64,000 bases of DNA from Armatimonadota bacterium (GTDB taxonomy: Bacteria > Armatimonadota > Zipacnadia > Zipacnadales > Zipacnadaceae), in the NCBI GenBank assembly GCA_036504235.1, contig DASXVN010000005.1, positions 76,497-140,496 on the forward strand, in the 5' to 3' direction. Shown here one piece after another: positions 1-9,820 of this stretch; position 1 is the stretch's first letter; each line of letters begins with the position of its first letter. A program made the position numbers and the translations under genes. The notes beneath the pieces were generated by a model. That model ran no database searches, was not told the DNA's origin, and saw nothing but the letters and a program-made list of their open reading frames with translations.

Positions 1-960
1 CTGCCGGGCTACCGCGAGAACGAACTGGCCCCGCCGGGGACCGACGTGACCGCCCTGGGTGGCTGGTGGGCCGAGCCAGGGCGGGGGTATCTGCCGGGGA
101 CCATCCTCCATCCGGGCGGTCGGGCGGTGCTGTCCACCTACTTGACCGAGGACTGGGGCCTGGGCGCCTCCAGCCGGATTCTCTTCAGCCAGTGCGACTT
201 CTGCCATGCGATCTGGCGGCGAGAAGTCCCTGCGGCGGCAGCCTCGTCGCTGGAGACGCTGCTGGCCCGCCGGACCCTGTATACCCGCTACGTGGTCAAC
301 GATCAGGTGGAAGAGAAGCTAGGCGGCAATCGCCTGGACCTGGTTGCCGAGCAGGGCCGGGGCGGTTGCCTGCAGAGCGGCCCCCTGGCGGTCGCCTGGT
401 ACAACGGGGGAGACGTCCCCACCACCGGGGTCAGCCGCCTGCGGACCTGCGCCCTGATCCCGGAGCACTTCAGCCGCCTGGACGAGGTCTGGCTGGGCGA
501 CCAGCCGCTGGCGGACCTCACCGGCAGCAGCGAGGAAGAGGAATGGGTGTTCCTGCGCGACGGGATCACCTACCTGGGCCTCCGGCCGCTGCGCCTGACC
601 AACCACGGCCGCGGACCAGTCGTCTCCGTGGAGCGCGTGGGGCAGTTCCGGGTGGTCTCCTTCGCTAACTACCAGGGCGAGCCGCGCGACTTTCTCGGCG
701 CGGAGCTACGCCAGACCTGCGGCGGGCTCGCCTTGTGCATAGGGTCCGAGCGCGAGTGGGGAGATTTCGAGGCCTTTCGCACGGCCTGTCGTCCACTAGA
801 ACTGTCCGACACCCGCTATGAGAGCCAGCGCCGGCTGGTGTGTCGCTGGGGCGAGTGGGAAGCTGACGTCCTGTGGGACATGCAGACGGAGGAGATCAAG
901 CGCGCCACGCGAAATGGAATACCGCTGGACGAACCGTTCCTGCAGTACGGCCCCGCCTGA
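1..960 (+). CDS. Hypothetical protein, 5'-truncated. The frame is open from the first base of the window.
   Basis: The reading frame that contains ORF 46..960 has no stop back to position 1. No recognisable motif. Stop at 958-960. Confidence 0.4.
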   Translation: MPGYRENELAPPGTDVTALGGWWAEPGRGYLPGTILHPGGRAVLSTYLTEDWGLGASSRILFSQCDFCHAIWRREVPAAAASSLETLLARRTLYTRYVVNDQVEEKLGGNRLDLVAEQGRGGCLQSGPLAVAWYNGGDVPTTGVSRLRTCALIPEHFSRLDEVWLGDQPLADLTGSSEEEEWVFLRDGITYLGLRPLRLTNHGRGPVVSVERVGQFRVVSFANYQGEPRDFLGAELRQTCGGLALCIGSEREWGDFEAFRTACRPLELSDTRYESQRRLVCRWGEWEADVLWDMQTEEIKRATRNGIPLDEPFLQYGPA

Positions 961-1085
961 GGGAGTACCCGCGGGGACTGATGCAGACAGGCCTGCCCTA
1001 ACTTGCGTTGCTCTCGTCATCGTTGGAGTATTTCAGCTTTGCGCAGTATCTGCGACGGGTTGACTCCTGGGGGAGGCGATGGGGC

Positions 1086-1412
1086 ATGAGAGGTCTATGG
1101 GTCTGGCTGATTTTGATGTTGCTGGCGGCGCTGGTGGTAGGCACGTTGGTCAGGGCGTCGGGGTTACAGCGAGCCAGCGCGGAGGCGCTTCCGGGAGGAC
1201 CGCCGTCGTTCGAGCGCGACGCCCACGCCTATTGGGTCTGGCTGGCGGCCCTGCGCGAGTCGGATCCCGCCCTGTTCAAGGCCTATGCGGTGGAATGCTC
1301 GGGCTTGCCGGTCGAGTACCAGGCGGCGGGGAAAGCTCCGCTCTCCTTTGACGGTTTCCGATCCCGAGCCTGGGAGAGGGTAAACGCCCGCGCCGGCGGA
1401 GGGGCCGGTTGA
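1086..1412 (+). CDS. Small membrane-anchored hypothetical protein (N-terminal TM helix 'LWVWLILMLLAALVVGTLV').
   Basis: An internal ATG at 1086 is preceded by 'GGGGGAGG' at 1069-1078. The ORF track begins at an upstream TTG (1008). Hydrophobic N-terminus. Confidence 0.3.
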   Translation: MRGLWVWLILMLLAALVVGTLVRASGLQRASAEALPGGPPSFERDAHAYWVWLAALRESDPALFKAYAVECSGLPVEYQAAGKAPLSFDGFRSRAWERVNARAGGGAG

Positions 1413-1505
1413 GCCGAGGGGCGAGGTGGCGAGGACACCGCGCCGACCACGTCAGGGGCGGACTTTTGTGCTGCCCGAATCAAAACTGAGGAGACTACTA
1501 TTCGC

Positions 1506-2630
1506 ATGAAACCCGATACGAAATGCCGTCCCAAGTGGAAGAGCGCCATGACCGACCGGGAGCGCTTCAACAACCAGATGCACTACCGCCCCGTGGACCG
1601 TTGCTTCAACATGGAGTTCGGCTACTGGGCCGAGAACTACCAGCAGTGGGACATCTTTGTGGACAACGAGATCCAGAACGACAGCGAGGCGGATGTCTTC
1701 TTTGGCTTTGACAAGCTGGGCGGGGTCGGCGGCACCGTGGGGATGAACCCGGCCTTCCCTAGCACGGTTATCGAGGAGACTGCCACCACCCGCATCCTGA
1801 TGAACGGTGACGGCCTGCTGGCCGAGGTGCCCAAGGACGGCCACGACACGATTCCGCACTACGTCAAGGCCAGCATCGTCACCCCCGACGACTGGAAGCG
1901 CTGCAAGGAAGAGCGCTACCAGCTAGACGACCCGGCGCGGATTGTGGACGTAGCGGCGCTCCAGCAGCAGCACCCGACCGACCGGGACTATGCCCTGGGC
2001 GTCAGTTGCGGTTCCATGATCGGCGTGCCCCGCAACATCCTCACCTTCGAGGGCCTGGCCTACGCCACCTACGACTATCCGGAGATGGTCGAGGACATGG
2101 TGGAGACCATGTGCGTCATGGTGGAGCACTTCCTGGATCAAGTGCTGGGGCATCTCGACTTCGACTTCGCCACCGGCTGGGAGGATATTTGCTTCAAGAA
2201 CGGTCCCATCGTCTCGCTGAAGTTCTTCCAGAGCGTCGTGGTGCCGCGCTACAAGCGGATCAGCAAGCGGCTGCACGCACACGGCATTGACCTGTGGTAC
2301 ACCGACTGCGACGGCGACGTGCGTCCGCTGATGCCGAGCTTCCTGGAGAGCGGCATCAACTGCCTGTTCCCCTTCGAGGTCAACGGCTGCGCCCATCCCT
2401 CCGAGTTGCTCAACGAGTACGGCAAGGACCTGCGCATCATGGGCGGCGTGGACAAGATTGAGCTAGGCAAGGGCAAAGAGGCGATCAAGGCGTACCTGGA
2501 GACCCTGGTGCCCCTGGTAGAGCGCGGCGGGTACATCCCCTTCTGCGACCACCGCTGCCCGCCCAACGTCAAGCCCGACGACTACCTGTACTACCTGGAT
2601 CTCAAAGAAGCCATGTTTGGCATGCACTAG
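1506..2630 (+). CDS. Uroporphyrinogen-decarboxylase (URO-D) family protein.
   Basis: The N-terminal 'MTDRERFNNQMHYRPVDRCF' resembles the URO-D/MtaA-like family N-terminus (MTxRER...DR.P). RBS 'GAGGAG' lies upstream of ATG 1506. Confidence 0.45.
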   Translation: MKPDTKCRPKWKSAMTDRERFNNQMHYRPVDRCFNMEFGYWAENYQQWDIFVDNEIQNDSEADVFFGFDKLGGVGGTVGMNPAFPSTVIEETATTRILMNGDGLLAEVPKDGHDTIPHYVKASIVTPDDWKRCKEERYQLDDPARIVDVAALQQQHPTDRDYALGVSCGSMIGVPRNILTFEGLAYATYDYPEMVEDMVETMCVMVEHFLDQVLGHLDFDFATGWEDICFKNGPIVSLKFFQSVVVPRYKRISKRLHAHGIDLWYTDCDGDVRPLMPSFLESGINCLFPFEVNGCAHPSELLNEYGKDLRIMGGVDKIELGKGKEAIKAYLETLVPLVERGGYIPFCDHRCPPNVKPDDYLYYLDLKEAMFGMH

Positions 2631-2748
2631 CGCGTCACTCATTCTGAGCTAGGGAACACTCGGCGCCGCTCGGGCGACATATCGACGGGCGGCGCTGTCA
2701 TTATTGGACTTCGGCCGCCAGACGCGGCCGCGACTTAGGGGGACCAGG

Positions 2749-5700
2749 ATGTTTGTCAAATCTGTGCGGCTCTGGGTGGTTGGCGCGACTCTGGTCGGGC
2801 TATTGTCGGCCTCCGGGGCGGGGGCCAATCTTGCGCCCAATCCGGGCTTCGAGGAGGGGGCCGAGGGGACCTGCGCCGCCTGGCAGGTCACCGAAGCGGG
2901 CGTGCCGGGAGAGGGCGGGGCGGTGGCCTCGTGGACGACCGAGCAAGCCCATTCCGGAAAGCGCAGCCTCAAGCTGCAGATGACCGGCGACGGTATGGGC
3001 TACGTCCTGGTCGGCTCGCCCCCGCTGCCGGTCGTCGGGGGCTATGAGTACGAGCTGTCCTTCTGGTACAGATCCAGCGGTCTGCGCCCCGAGAACGCCG
3101 AGCGCACGCAGTATTCGGCGATGATGGCGGACAACTTCCTGTGCAGCGCGGCGCCCGCTAAGTACTTGGCCAACCGCCGCCTCCCGCTCTACCAGGATTC
3201 CCCGGAATGGCAGCGGGTGAGCCTGACCTACCGGGTGACCGAACCCGGAGCCGCGACCGTGCAGTTGCGCCTGGCCCTGGGCGCCCGTATGCCCGGGCTC
3301 AAGCCGGTCGTGTACCTTGATGACGTGTCCCTCGAGCCGCTCGACGCTTCCCTCCCTAACGGTGGTTTTGAGGCCGGCGCCGAGGGTCCGGACGGCTGGC
3401 GGCACAGCGACACGGGCAATCCGGCCTGGACCCGCGACCAGGCGCACGGGGGCCAGCGGAGCGTCTCCCTCAGCGAATCGCCCCTCGGCCAGCCCAGCGC
3501 CTGGTACACCGACCTCCCCTGCCGGCCGGACCGCAAGTATGGCCTCAGCGGCTGGATCAAGACCGCCAAACTCAACCCCAACGCCCTTCCCCCGGGCGCC
3601 GTGGTGGCGCTGACTTTCCTGGATGCGCAGGGGGCCGCGGTGGGGGCGCCGGCGGTTAGCGGCCCGGTCGCGGGGGATAGCGCCTGGACCCGGGTGCAGG
3701 TGGAGCCGCAGGTCGCCCCGCCGGGGGCGGTGCTGCTGCGCGCGTCGGTCCAGATGGTCTTTTGCGGCGGCACGGCCTGGTTTGACGACCTCGACCTGAG
3801 CCTGGCCCCCACCGAGGCCGCTACGGTACGACGCGTGGCCCGCACCGTGACCGGGCCGGAGCCCGGCGTAACGTATGCCCCGAATCTCGTGCCCAATCCG
3901 ACCCTGGAGGAGGGCGCCGACGGCAAGCCCGTCGGCTGGACCTTCGTGGGCAAGTCCGACCCCGATTGGACCCCGCAGGAACTGGACACCTACTATAACG
4001 GCAACGGCGGCCGGCCCCTGCCCAGCATGGGGCGGGCGCGGGGCGAGTGGAGCGACGAGGCCTTCGCCGGCAAACACTCGCTGCTGCTGATTCCGGTGGA
4101 GCCGCCGCTGAGCAAGGTTAACCGCTGGTACGGCGAGCAGGAGGTAGACGCCTACTGGCAGTCCGACGCGATGCCCTGCGCGCCGGGGCAGCAGTATTTC
4201 GCCGCGGCGTGGCTCAAGGTGACCAACGACTTCCGCGGGACCTGGAACGGGCCGCTACGGGTCTTCTTCTACGACGCCCAGGGCAATCGCCTCAACACCG
4301 CCCTGCCGCGCACCGCCTTCGAGCCGTGGAGTCCCGGGCAGTGGGCCTGGTACTGCACCGCGCCGCTGACCGCTCCCGCGGGGGCGGCGACGATGCGGCT
4401 GATCCTCAACCAGGGCCTGCGCGCCAATGCGGGCACTTTTGGGCGGATGTGGGCCGACAATCTGGCGGTGTGGGCGCGGCCGGAGCTGGGCCGGGACTTG
4501 CCCGCGCCGGCCACGTACACCGCGGAGAGCTTCCGGCACTTCCTCTTTGACACGCATCGCCAGGTGCGGCCGCCCTATCTGCCCGCGCCGGACTTCGTGC
4601 CGACCGGGGATACCACCTGCGTCAAGGTGAGCACCAGCGCGCTGGGCAACCTTTTCTTTGACCCGAAGCAGCCCACTCCCCTGACCGTGACCGTGGGCAA
4701 CTTCCTGGCCGAAAAGCGGTCGGTGGTGGTGCGCTTGACCAAGTACAGTTGGCAAGGCGCGCGGACCGAGTTGCCGCCGGTGCCGGTGTCCCTGAACGCC
4801 TGGAGCGAGACGGCGGCGCCCGTCGCTCTGCCCGCGGCCGGCAAATACGACTGCTACTACGTGGAGGCGACCGTGCGGGAAGCGGGCGCCCCGACCGGCT
4901 CGGGATTCGGCCGTCTCGCGGTGCTGCCCCGGCCCACGCGCCCGCACTATCCGGCGGCGGAGAGCCACTGGCAGGTCTCCGTCGGCCTCCAGCCGGGAGA
5001 CATGCAGGCCGGCGCTCCGGGCGCTGAGCGGCTGGCGGCAGCGCTCAAGTTGGTGGGCTTCGGCTCGGCCCGGCTGCAGCTCTTCCCGCCGGGGCCGACG
5101 GCGACCAGCGCCCAGGTCGAGGCGACGGTGGACGCGCTGCGGCCCACCCTGGCCTACTTCAAGTCGCTGGGCCTGGACGTGGTCCTCAACATCCAGCAGC
5201 CGGGTAAGGAAATCGCCGCTCAAATCGGCCGCCTGCTAGGCAGCGACGTCGCGGTCTGGGACGTCGGCGGCGTGGAGCAGGCCAATCTGGTCTCCCCGGG
5301 CATCTGCGCCTACGGGTCCATGAAGGTGGAAGACTACGACCGGGCGGTGTCCGAGACGGTTGACGGCCTACGCTCGGCCCTGCCGCAGGCCAAGATCATG
5401 GGCGGCGCCATTGCTACCGACATGGAGGCCAAGGTCCTCCAGCGCTGGTACCAGGCCGGAATCGCCCAGAAGTTTGACGGCTTCACCTACAACACCTACA
5501 TGGGCTGGCCCCTGGTCCTGAAGAACAACTTCGCGGTGATGGACAAGCACGGCGACAGCCGCAAGCCCGCGTGGATTGAGGAAATCCCGGTGTCGTACGG
5601 CATCTACGGGGCCAACCGGCTCATCAGCGAGCAGACCGCCTCGCGCGACCTGGTGCGCACCTTTGTGAGCCTGCTTAGCGACTTCTCCCCGCGCTTCCAG

Positions 5701-7014
5701 CGCATTACCGCCTGGGAAGACCACGCCACGATCAAGATCCTCAGCGGCGACGCCTTCCCGCGCCCGATGTACCCGGCGCTGGTGGTGCTCACCGATAAGT
5801 TCGGGCGGGCCACTTTCGACCAGTCGCTGGGGAACGATCGCCTCTCGATCTACCGCTGGCGGGAGGGGCCGCGCACGCTGGGCATCCTGTGGGCTACGGT
5901 TGGCGAGCAGTCGGTGACCCTGGAGACTACGGCCAAGTCCGTGACCGTCACCGATCTCATGGGCAACGCCGAGCGGCGTCCGGTCAGCGGCGGCCTGGTG
6001 ACGCTGAACCTGACGGAGGCGCCGCTCTACCTGGAGGACGCGGGGGAGTTCACGGTCAGCCGCCGCCTGCAGGTCTCTGTGACGCATGCGGCCTCGGCCC
6101 CGGGGGCGCCCCCGGTGGTGCGGGTGACGCTGAAGAACAACGGTGCGCAGCGCCTGGCCGGGCAGCTTGCGCTTAGCGGCGTGACGCCGCTCGACCCGGC
6201 CTCGACGCCCTTTGACCTCGCCCCCGGCCGGGAGCTGATCCTGACCGCGAAAGTGCTCGGCGAGGCCCCGGTCAACAGCCGCGGCACCTACCGTGCGGTG
6301 GCGACCACCAAAGAGGGCTACGTCTTCGCGGGCCTCGCCAACCTCAACTTCGCCACCGCCGCGCACGCCGCGACACCCCCGGCGCTGGACGGTACCTGGC
6401 AAGGCTGGGAGGCGGCCCCGGTCTTGCGCCTGGACAGCCGCGAGCAGCTCCACGAGAGCCTCAATCCCGGCGAATCCTGGACCGGCCCCGCCGACTCCAG
6501 CGCGAAGCTTCGCCTGCTGTGGGATGACCGGTACCTCTACCTGGGCGTGGAGGCCACCGACGACGTGCTCCGCCTGGCGCCGGAGACGTTGGGCAATGGC
6601 TTCTCCGGCTTCTGTGGCGACAGCCTCGAGTTCGCGGTGCAGCCCGACAACCTGCTGCAGAGCGACGCGCCGCGGCAGGAGTTCGAGCTGTACCGGCCCG
6701 CGGGCCAGACCCGGGCGCGGCTCAACGCCCGCTTCAACGCGCAGGGGAAGGTGGAAATGCGGCAGATCACCAGTTGGACCTGCAGCGTGGTCCCCACCGG
6801 GCACAACGCCGACCTGAACTACCAGGTGGCGATACCCTGGGCCGAGCTGGGTGGCCCGGCCCCCTCAGCGGGGCGGGCGGTCTCCTTCGCGCTGGTGCTC
6901 AACGATACCGATCTCGACCACTTCACCGGCGGCCGCGGCTGGCTCTCCTGGTTTGAGGGCGTAGCCACCGGCAAGAGCCCGGCACTGTACGGCGACGTCG
7001 TGCTGGGCCAGTAG
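2749..7014 (+). CDS. Very large secreted multidomain protein (1421 aa). It has at least three CBM4/9-like modules and a C-terminal CBM9/DOMON-like domain.
   Basis: Signal peptide 'MFVKSVRLWVVGATLVGLLSASGAGA'. The modules start 'NPGFEEGAEGTCAAW', 'LPNGGFEAGAEGPDGW' and 'VPNPTLEEGADGKPVGW'. The C-terminal region 'LDGTWQGWEAAPVLRLD...LRLLWDDRYLYLGVEATDD' is CBM9-like. ATG 2749 is preceded by 'AGGGGG'. The ORF track starts at an upstream TTG (2704). Confidence 0.6.
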   Translation: MFVKSVRLWVVGATLVGLLSASGAGANLAPNPGFEEGAEGTCAAWQVTEAGVPGEGGAVASWTTEQAHSGKRSLKLQMTGDGMGYVLVGSPPLPVVGGYEYELSFWYRSSGLRPENAERTQYSAMMADNFLCSAAPAKYLANRRLPLYQDSPEWQRVSLTYRVTEPGAATVQLRLALGARMPGLKPVVYLDDVSLEPLDASLPNGGFEAGAEGPDGWRHSDTGNPAWTRDQAHGGQRSVSLSESPLGQPSAWYTDLPCRPDRKYGLSGWIKTAKLNPNALPPGAVVALTFLDAQGAAVGAPAVSGPVAGDSAWTRVQVEPQVAPPGAVLLRASVQMVFCGGTAWFDDLDLSLAPTEAATVRRVARTVTGPEPGVTYAPNLVPNPTLEEGADGKPVGWTFVGKSDPDWTPQELDTYYNGNGGRPLPSMGRARGEWSDEAFAGKHSLLLIPVEPPLSKVNRWYGEQEVDAYWQSDAMPCAPGQQYFAAAWLKVTNDFRGTWNGPLRVFFYDAQGNRLNTALPRTAFEPWSPGQWAWYCTAPLTAPAGAATMRLILNQGLRANAGTFGRMWADNLAVWARPELGRDLPAPATYTAESFRHFLFDTHRQVRPPYLPAPDFVPTGDTTCVKVSTSALGNLFFDPKQPTPLTVTVGNFLAEKRSVVVRLTKYSWQGARTELPPVPVSLNAWSETAAPVALPAAGKYDCYYVEATVREAGAPTGSGFGRLAVLPRPTRPHYPAAESHWQVSVGLQPGDMQAGAPGAERLAAALKLVGFGSARLQLFPPGPTATSAQVEATVDALRPTLAYFKSLGLDVVLNIQQPGKEIAAQIGRLLGSDVAVWDVGGVEQANLVSPGICAYGSMKVEDYDRAVSETVDGLRSALPQAKIMGGAIATDMEAKVLQRWYQAGIAQKFDGFTYNTYMGWPLVLKNNFAVMDKHGDSRKPAWIEEIPVSYGIYGANRLISEQTASRDLVRTFVSLLSDFSPRFQRITAWEDHATIKILSGDAFPRPMYPALVVLTDKFGRATFDQSLGNDRLSIYRWREGPRTLGILWATVGEQSVTLETTAKSVTVTDLMGNAERRPVSGGLVTLNLTEAPLYLEDAGEFTVSRRLQVSVTHAASAPGAPPVVRVTLKNNGAQRLAGQLALSGVTPLDPASTPFDLAPGRELILTAKVLGEAPVNSRGTYRAVATTKEGYVFAGLANLNFATAAHAATPPALDGTWQGWEAAPVLRLDSREQLHESLNPGESWTGPADSSAKLRLLWDDRYLYLGVEATDDVLRLAPETLGNGFSGFCGDSLEFAVQPDNLLQSDAPRQEFELYRPAGQTRARLNARFNAQGKVEMRQITSWTCSVVPTGHNADLNYQVAIPWAELGGPAPSAGRAVSFALVLNDTDLDHFTGGRGWLSWFEGVATGKSPALYGDVVLGQ

Positions 7015-7024
7015 CGCGGCCGGG

Positions 7025-9475
7025 CTATTTCGGCGGCGGCGGGCCGCCCGCGCCGGTGACGGTGGGCGGCGGCGTCGGGGCCGGGCCGGTGGGCAGCTCG
7101 GGCGCTACCCGCTGCACCGGCTTGAGCACGGTTTGCCCCAGGTCCACCGTTTGGCCCGGCGTGCAGGTGACGTCCTGCGGCGTCCCGCCTCCGGTATTCC
7201 CGTCCGGCCCCCAGAAGTTGACCCGGTAGGCCAGGCCGGGTATCAGGCCCTCCGCCTGCCACTTGCCCTGGGCGTCGGTGCTCGTCTGCCGGTTGCCGCC
7301 GCCCAGCGCCTGCAGCCGGCTCATTATCTCCTGCGGCGCTTGGCTGTCGCTGTAGAATTGGACCTGCACGCCCGGCTGCGGCTTGCCCGCCTCGTCCACG
7401 ATCTGCCCGGTAGCGCTGCCCAGGGCGGTGAGACGTAACTGGGCGTTCCCCGCCTGGTCCGCTGCGATCTCCACCGTGCCGACCAGCGGATGAATCGGGT
7501 CCATCGCATACAGGATCGCCATCGGGGGGGGCGGTGGCTGGGGGTCGCCCGGCTTCACCGGTGCCATGGGCTTCATCCGCGGCAGGGACGGCGGCACATG
7601 CGGGAGGGTGAAGTGGCCGTTCGCGTCGGTCTCCACGGCCTCCGGCGCAAGAGCCGCGTAGACCAGCGCGCCGACGGCGGGCCGCCCGCGCAGGTCCAGC
7701 ACCGTCCCCGCCACTGTCTTGCCCTCGCGGTCAATGACCAGCGTCGGCACCGCGTGCTCCTCGCCGGCCGCCAGGGTGAAGCGCGCTCCGGGCCACCCCC
7801 GGCTTACCTGGTAGAACTGGTCGCTCTGCAGCAGCAGGAACACGTCATCCCCAGCCGGCAGCGGCCCCAGCCGCGCTTGGCCCAGAGCGTCCGTCGCTAC
7901 CGGCGGCAGCGCGGCGTACCCTCTGACCGGTTGCTCCCTCGGCGGGTCCGGCTGGCCGGGGCTCACCTGCGCCGCGACCAGCACGTCTTTCAGGGGCCGC
8001 CCTTGCGGGTCGGTGGCCTGGCAGGTCACGTACGCGCCGGGGCTGAGGATCAGGATCACTTCGTCCGGCGCTTTGTCCACCCAGGCCTCCGCGACCAGGC
8101 CGGTGGCCGGGTCCTGCGCCAGAATCAACTGCGCGCCGCCCCCGCCCCAGGGATTCCCCATCGGGAAGGGCAGCGACCACGCACCGGTCGCATCGGTCTT
8201 GATGCGGTAGGCACTCGCGACGAACGAGGGCATGCTGGCTACTCTAACCTCCAGGCCCGAGGCGGGCGTCCCGTCGGGCCCCTGGAGATGCCCCTTGAGG
8301 AGCGTCGGCGGCGTCACCACGAAGTCAACGCCCTCGCGGGTTTCACCTTCTTTGAGGTCGAACTGCGGGCGGTTTTGATCTCCCTGCCCGCCCCAGTAGA
8401 GGCCTCCCTGGGCGTACACGCTCACCTGCACATGCCCCGCCGGCACCCGCACCTCGTAGGCGCCGTCCGGGCCGATTTTCACCTCATAGCTGCTGCGGGC
8501 GGGCGTCTTCACGTCGGACCAAACTAGAAAGCCGGCGACATCGGCGCTCGGCCGGCCGGTCGCCGCGTCCGTGACCTTCCCGCGCACCAGAGCTCCCGGG
8601 GTGAGCGTCAGGTCCAGTCCTTTCACTTCATCGCCGGGTTTCAAGACCGGCAGCATCACAGGGGCCGCCACCCAGCCCGCCGGGGGTTCCACGATCTCCA
8701 GTGCCCCGCGGGTGATTCCGAGCCCGTTTAGTCGGTAAGCGCCCTGGTTGTCAGTAACCGCCTGGACAAGTTCGCTGCCCGTCGAGATGCTGACCTTAAT
8801 GCTCGCCACCGGCTGGCCCTCCCGCAGCACGCGGCCGCTGATCGTGGCTTCCGGCGCGAGGATCGTCGGCAGCGTCGCGCCGCCCACGTGAACGACCTGG
8901 CTTACCTCCGCTCGCCTCGGACCCGTGACGACCAAGGACAACTGGTACCCAGCGGGTAGGTCGGGGAAGGAGTAGCGCCCCTCGGGGTCGGTGGTAGCCA
9001 CAATAGCGCCGGACCCGCGCAGGTACGGCGAATTGCTGTAGTTCTGGTCGGACCGGATCAGCGCGGCCACCTTCACGGTCGCGCCGGCCAGGGGGTTGCC
9101 GTCGGGATCGCAGACCCGCCCGCGGTAAGTCGCCGGATTGTCGCCCAGACGGACGGTGATTGGCCCGGGAGGGGTCCCGGTCACCTGGGTCCAGCCGAGT
9201 GCGTAGCCAGGCTTCAGGGCGATCACGGAGCGCGAGCGCGACTCCGGGCCGGCGGCGACGGCCAGGCGGAAGCTCCCGTCGGGGCCGGAGGTGGTCTCGT
9301 CCCAAGTGGGCACGGTGCCGGCGCCGCCCGCCCCGACCCGCGCCCCGGCGGCGGGCGTGCCGTCGGGGAGGAGGACCTGGCCGGTGATCGTGACCGGGTC
9401 GGCGGCGAAGCCAGGCGCGGCCAGACAGAGGCAAAGCAGCGGCAGGAAACGCAACCAAGCAGAGCGAGACGGCAT
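7025..9475 (-). CDS. Secreted protein made of repeated carboxypeptidase-regulatory-like (CarbopepD_reg) beta-sandwich domains, with a Pro-rich C-terminus.
   Basis: Signal peptide 'MPSRSAWLRFLPLLCLCLAAPGFAADP'. Recurrent modules 'ITGQVLLPDGTPAAGARV', 'YRGRVCDPDGNPLAGATVKV' and 'ISGRVLREGQPVASIKVS'. C-terminal tail 'PTGPAPTPPPTVTGAGGPPPPK'. Confidence 0.55.
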   Translation of the reverse strand: MPSRSAWLRFLPLLCLCLAAPGFAADPVTITGQVLLPDGTPAAGARVGAGGAGTVPTWDETTSGPDGSFRLAVAAGPESRSRSVIALKPGYALGWTQVTGTPPGPITVRLGDNPATYRGRVCDPDGNPLAGATVKVAALIRSDQNYSNSPYLRGSGAIVATTDPEGRYSFPDLPAGYQLSLVVTGPRRAEVSQVVHVGGATLPTILAPEATISGRVLREGQPVASIKVSISTGSELVQAVTDNQGAYRLNGLGITRGALEIVEPPAGWVAAPVMLPVLKPGDEVKGLDLTLTPGALVRGKVTDAATGRPSADVAGFLVWSDVKTPARSSYEVKIGPDGAYEVRVPAGHVQVSVYAQGGLYWGGQGDQNRPQFDLKEGETREGVDFVVTPPTLLKGHLQGPDGTPASGLEVRVASMPSFVASAYRIKTDATGAWSLPFPMGNPWGGGGAQLILAQDPATGLVAEAWVDKAPDEVILILSPGAYVTCQATDPQGRPLKDVLVAAQVSPGQPDPPREQPVRGYAALPPVATDALGQARLGPLPAGDDVFLLLQSDQFYQVSRGWPGARFTLAAGEEHAVPTLVIDREGKTVAGTVLDLRGRPAVGALVYAALAPEAVETDANGHFTLPHVPPSLPRMKPMAPVKPGDPQPPPPPMAILYAMDPIHPLVGTVEIAADQAGNAQLRLTALGSATGQIVDEAGKPQPGVQVQFYSDSQAPQEIMSRLQALGGGNRQTSTDAQGKWQAEGLIPGLAYRVNFWGPDGNTGGGTPQDVTCTPGQTVDLGQTVLKPVQRVAPELPTGPAPTPPPTVTGAGGPPPPK

Positions 9476-9820
9476 GGCGATTCACCTCGCGGTAGGGACT
9501 TGATGAGCTTCGGCGCTCAGTACCAAGTATAATATACTCCGGCAGCGCGGAAGTTCCTCCTGAAAGCGAAGAATTTGATCCGTGCGGCGAGACGGCCAGG
9601 CGCGAGGGGGAGAGGGGTATTGGGTGGCGGCGGTGAACTCTATGTCTAATGAATATTTATTTGTTGCCGCTTGGAGGCATTCTGCTTGCGGCTGGCGTTC
9701 ATGCCCCCAAAAGCCTCGCTCCCTCCGCGAGACCATGTTGTCCCCCTATAATCACCTCCAACGCTGCCGGCGTTGGGACGCACTATAAGTCAATCCGATA
9801 CCGGAAAGGACTGAAGTGAC
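9476..9820. promoter_or_regulatory. AT-rich divergent promoter region between the 7025..9475(-) and 9821..11185(+) genes, with two TATAAT-like boxes.
   Basis: A 345-nt non-coding stretch that is markedly AT-richer than its surroundings. 'GTATAATAT' sits near 9527; its reverse complement reads 'TATTATACT' about 45 nt upstream of the minus-strand ATG. 'CCCTATAATCAC' sits near 9745, about 75 nt upstream of ATG 9821. Confidence 0.35.

Noticed and set aside
7025-7120. Pro-rich C-termini: 'PTGPAPTPPPTVTGAGGPPPPK' on the 7025..9475 protein and 'PPLPPAPPPPAPRPSRP' on the CreD-like protein (near 11040-11110).
   Set aside because: They look like linker or cell-wall-spanning low-complexity tails common in high-GC secreted proteins. 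There is no sortase or other recognisable anchoring motif.
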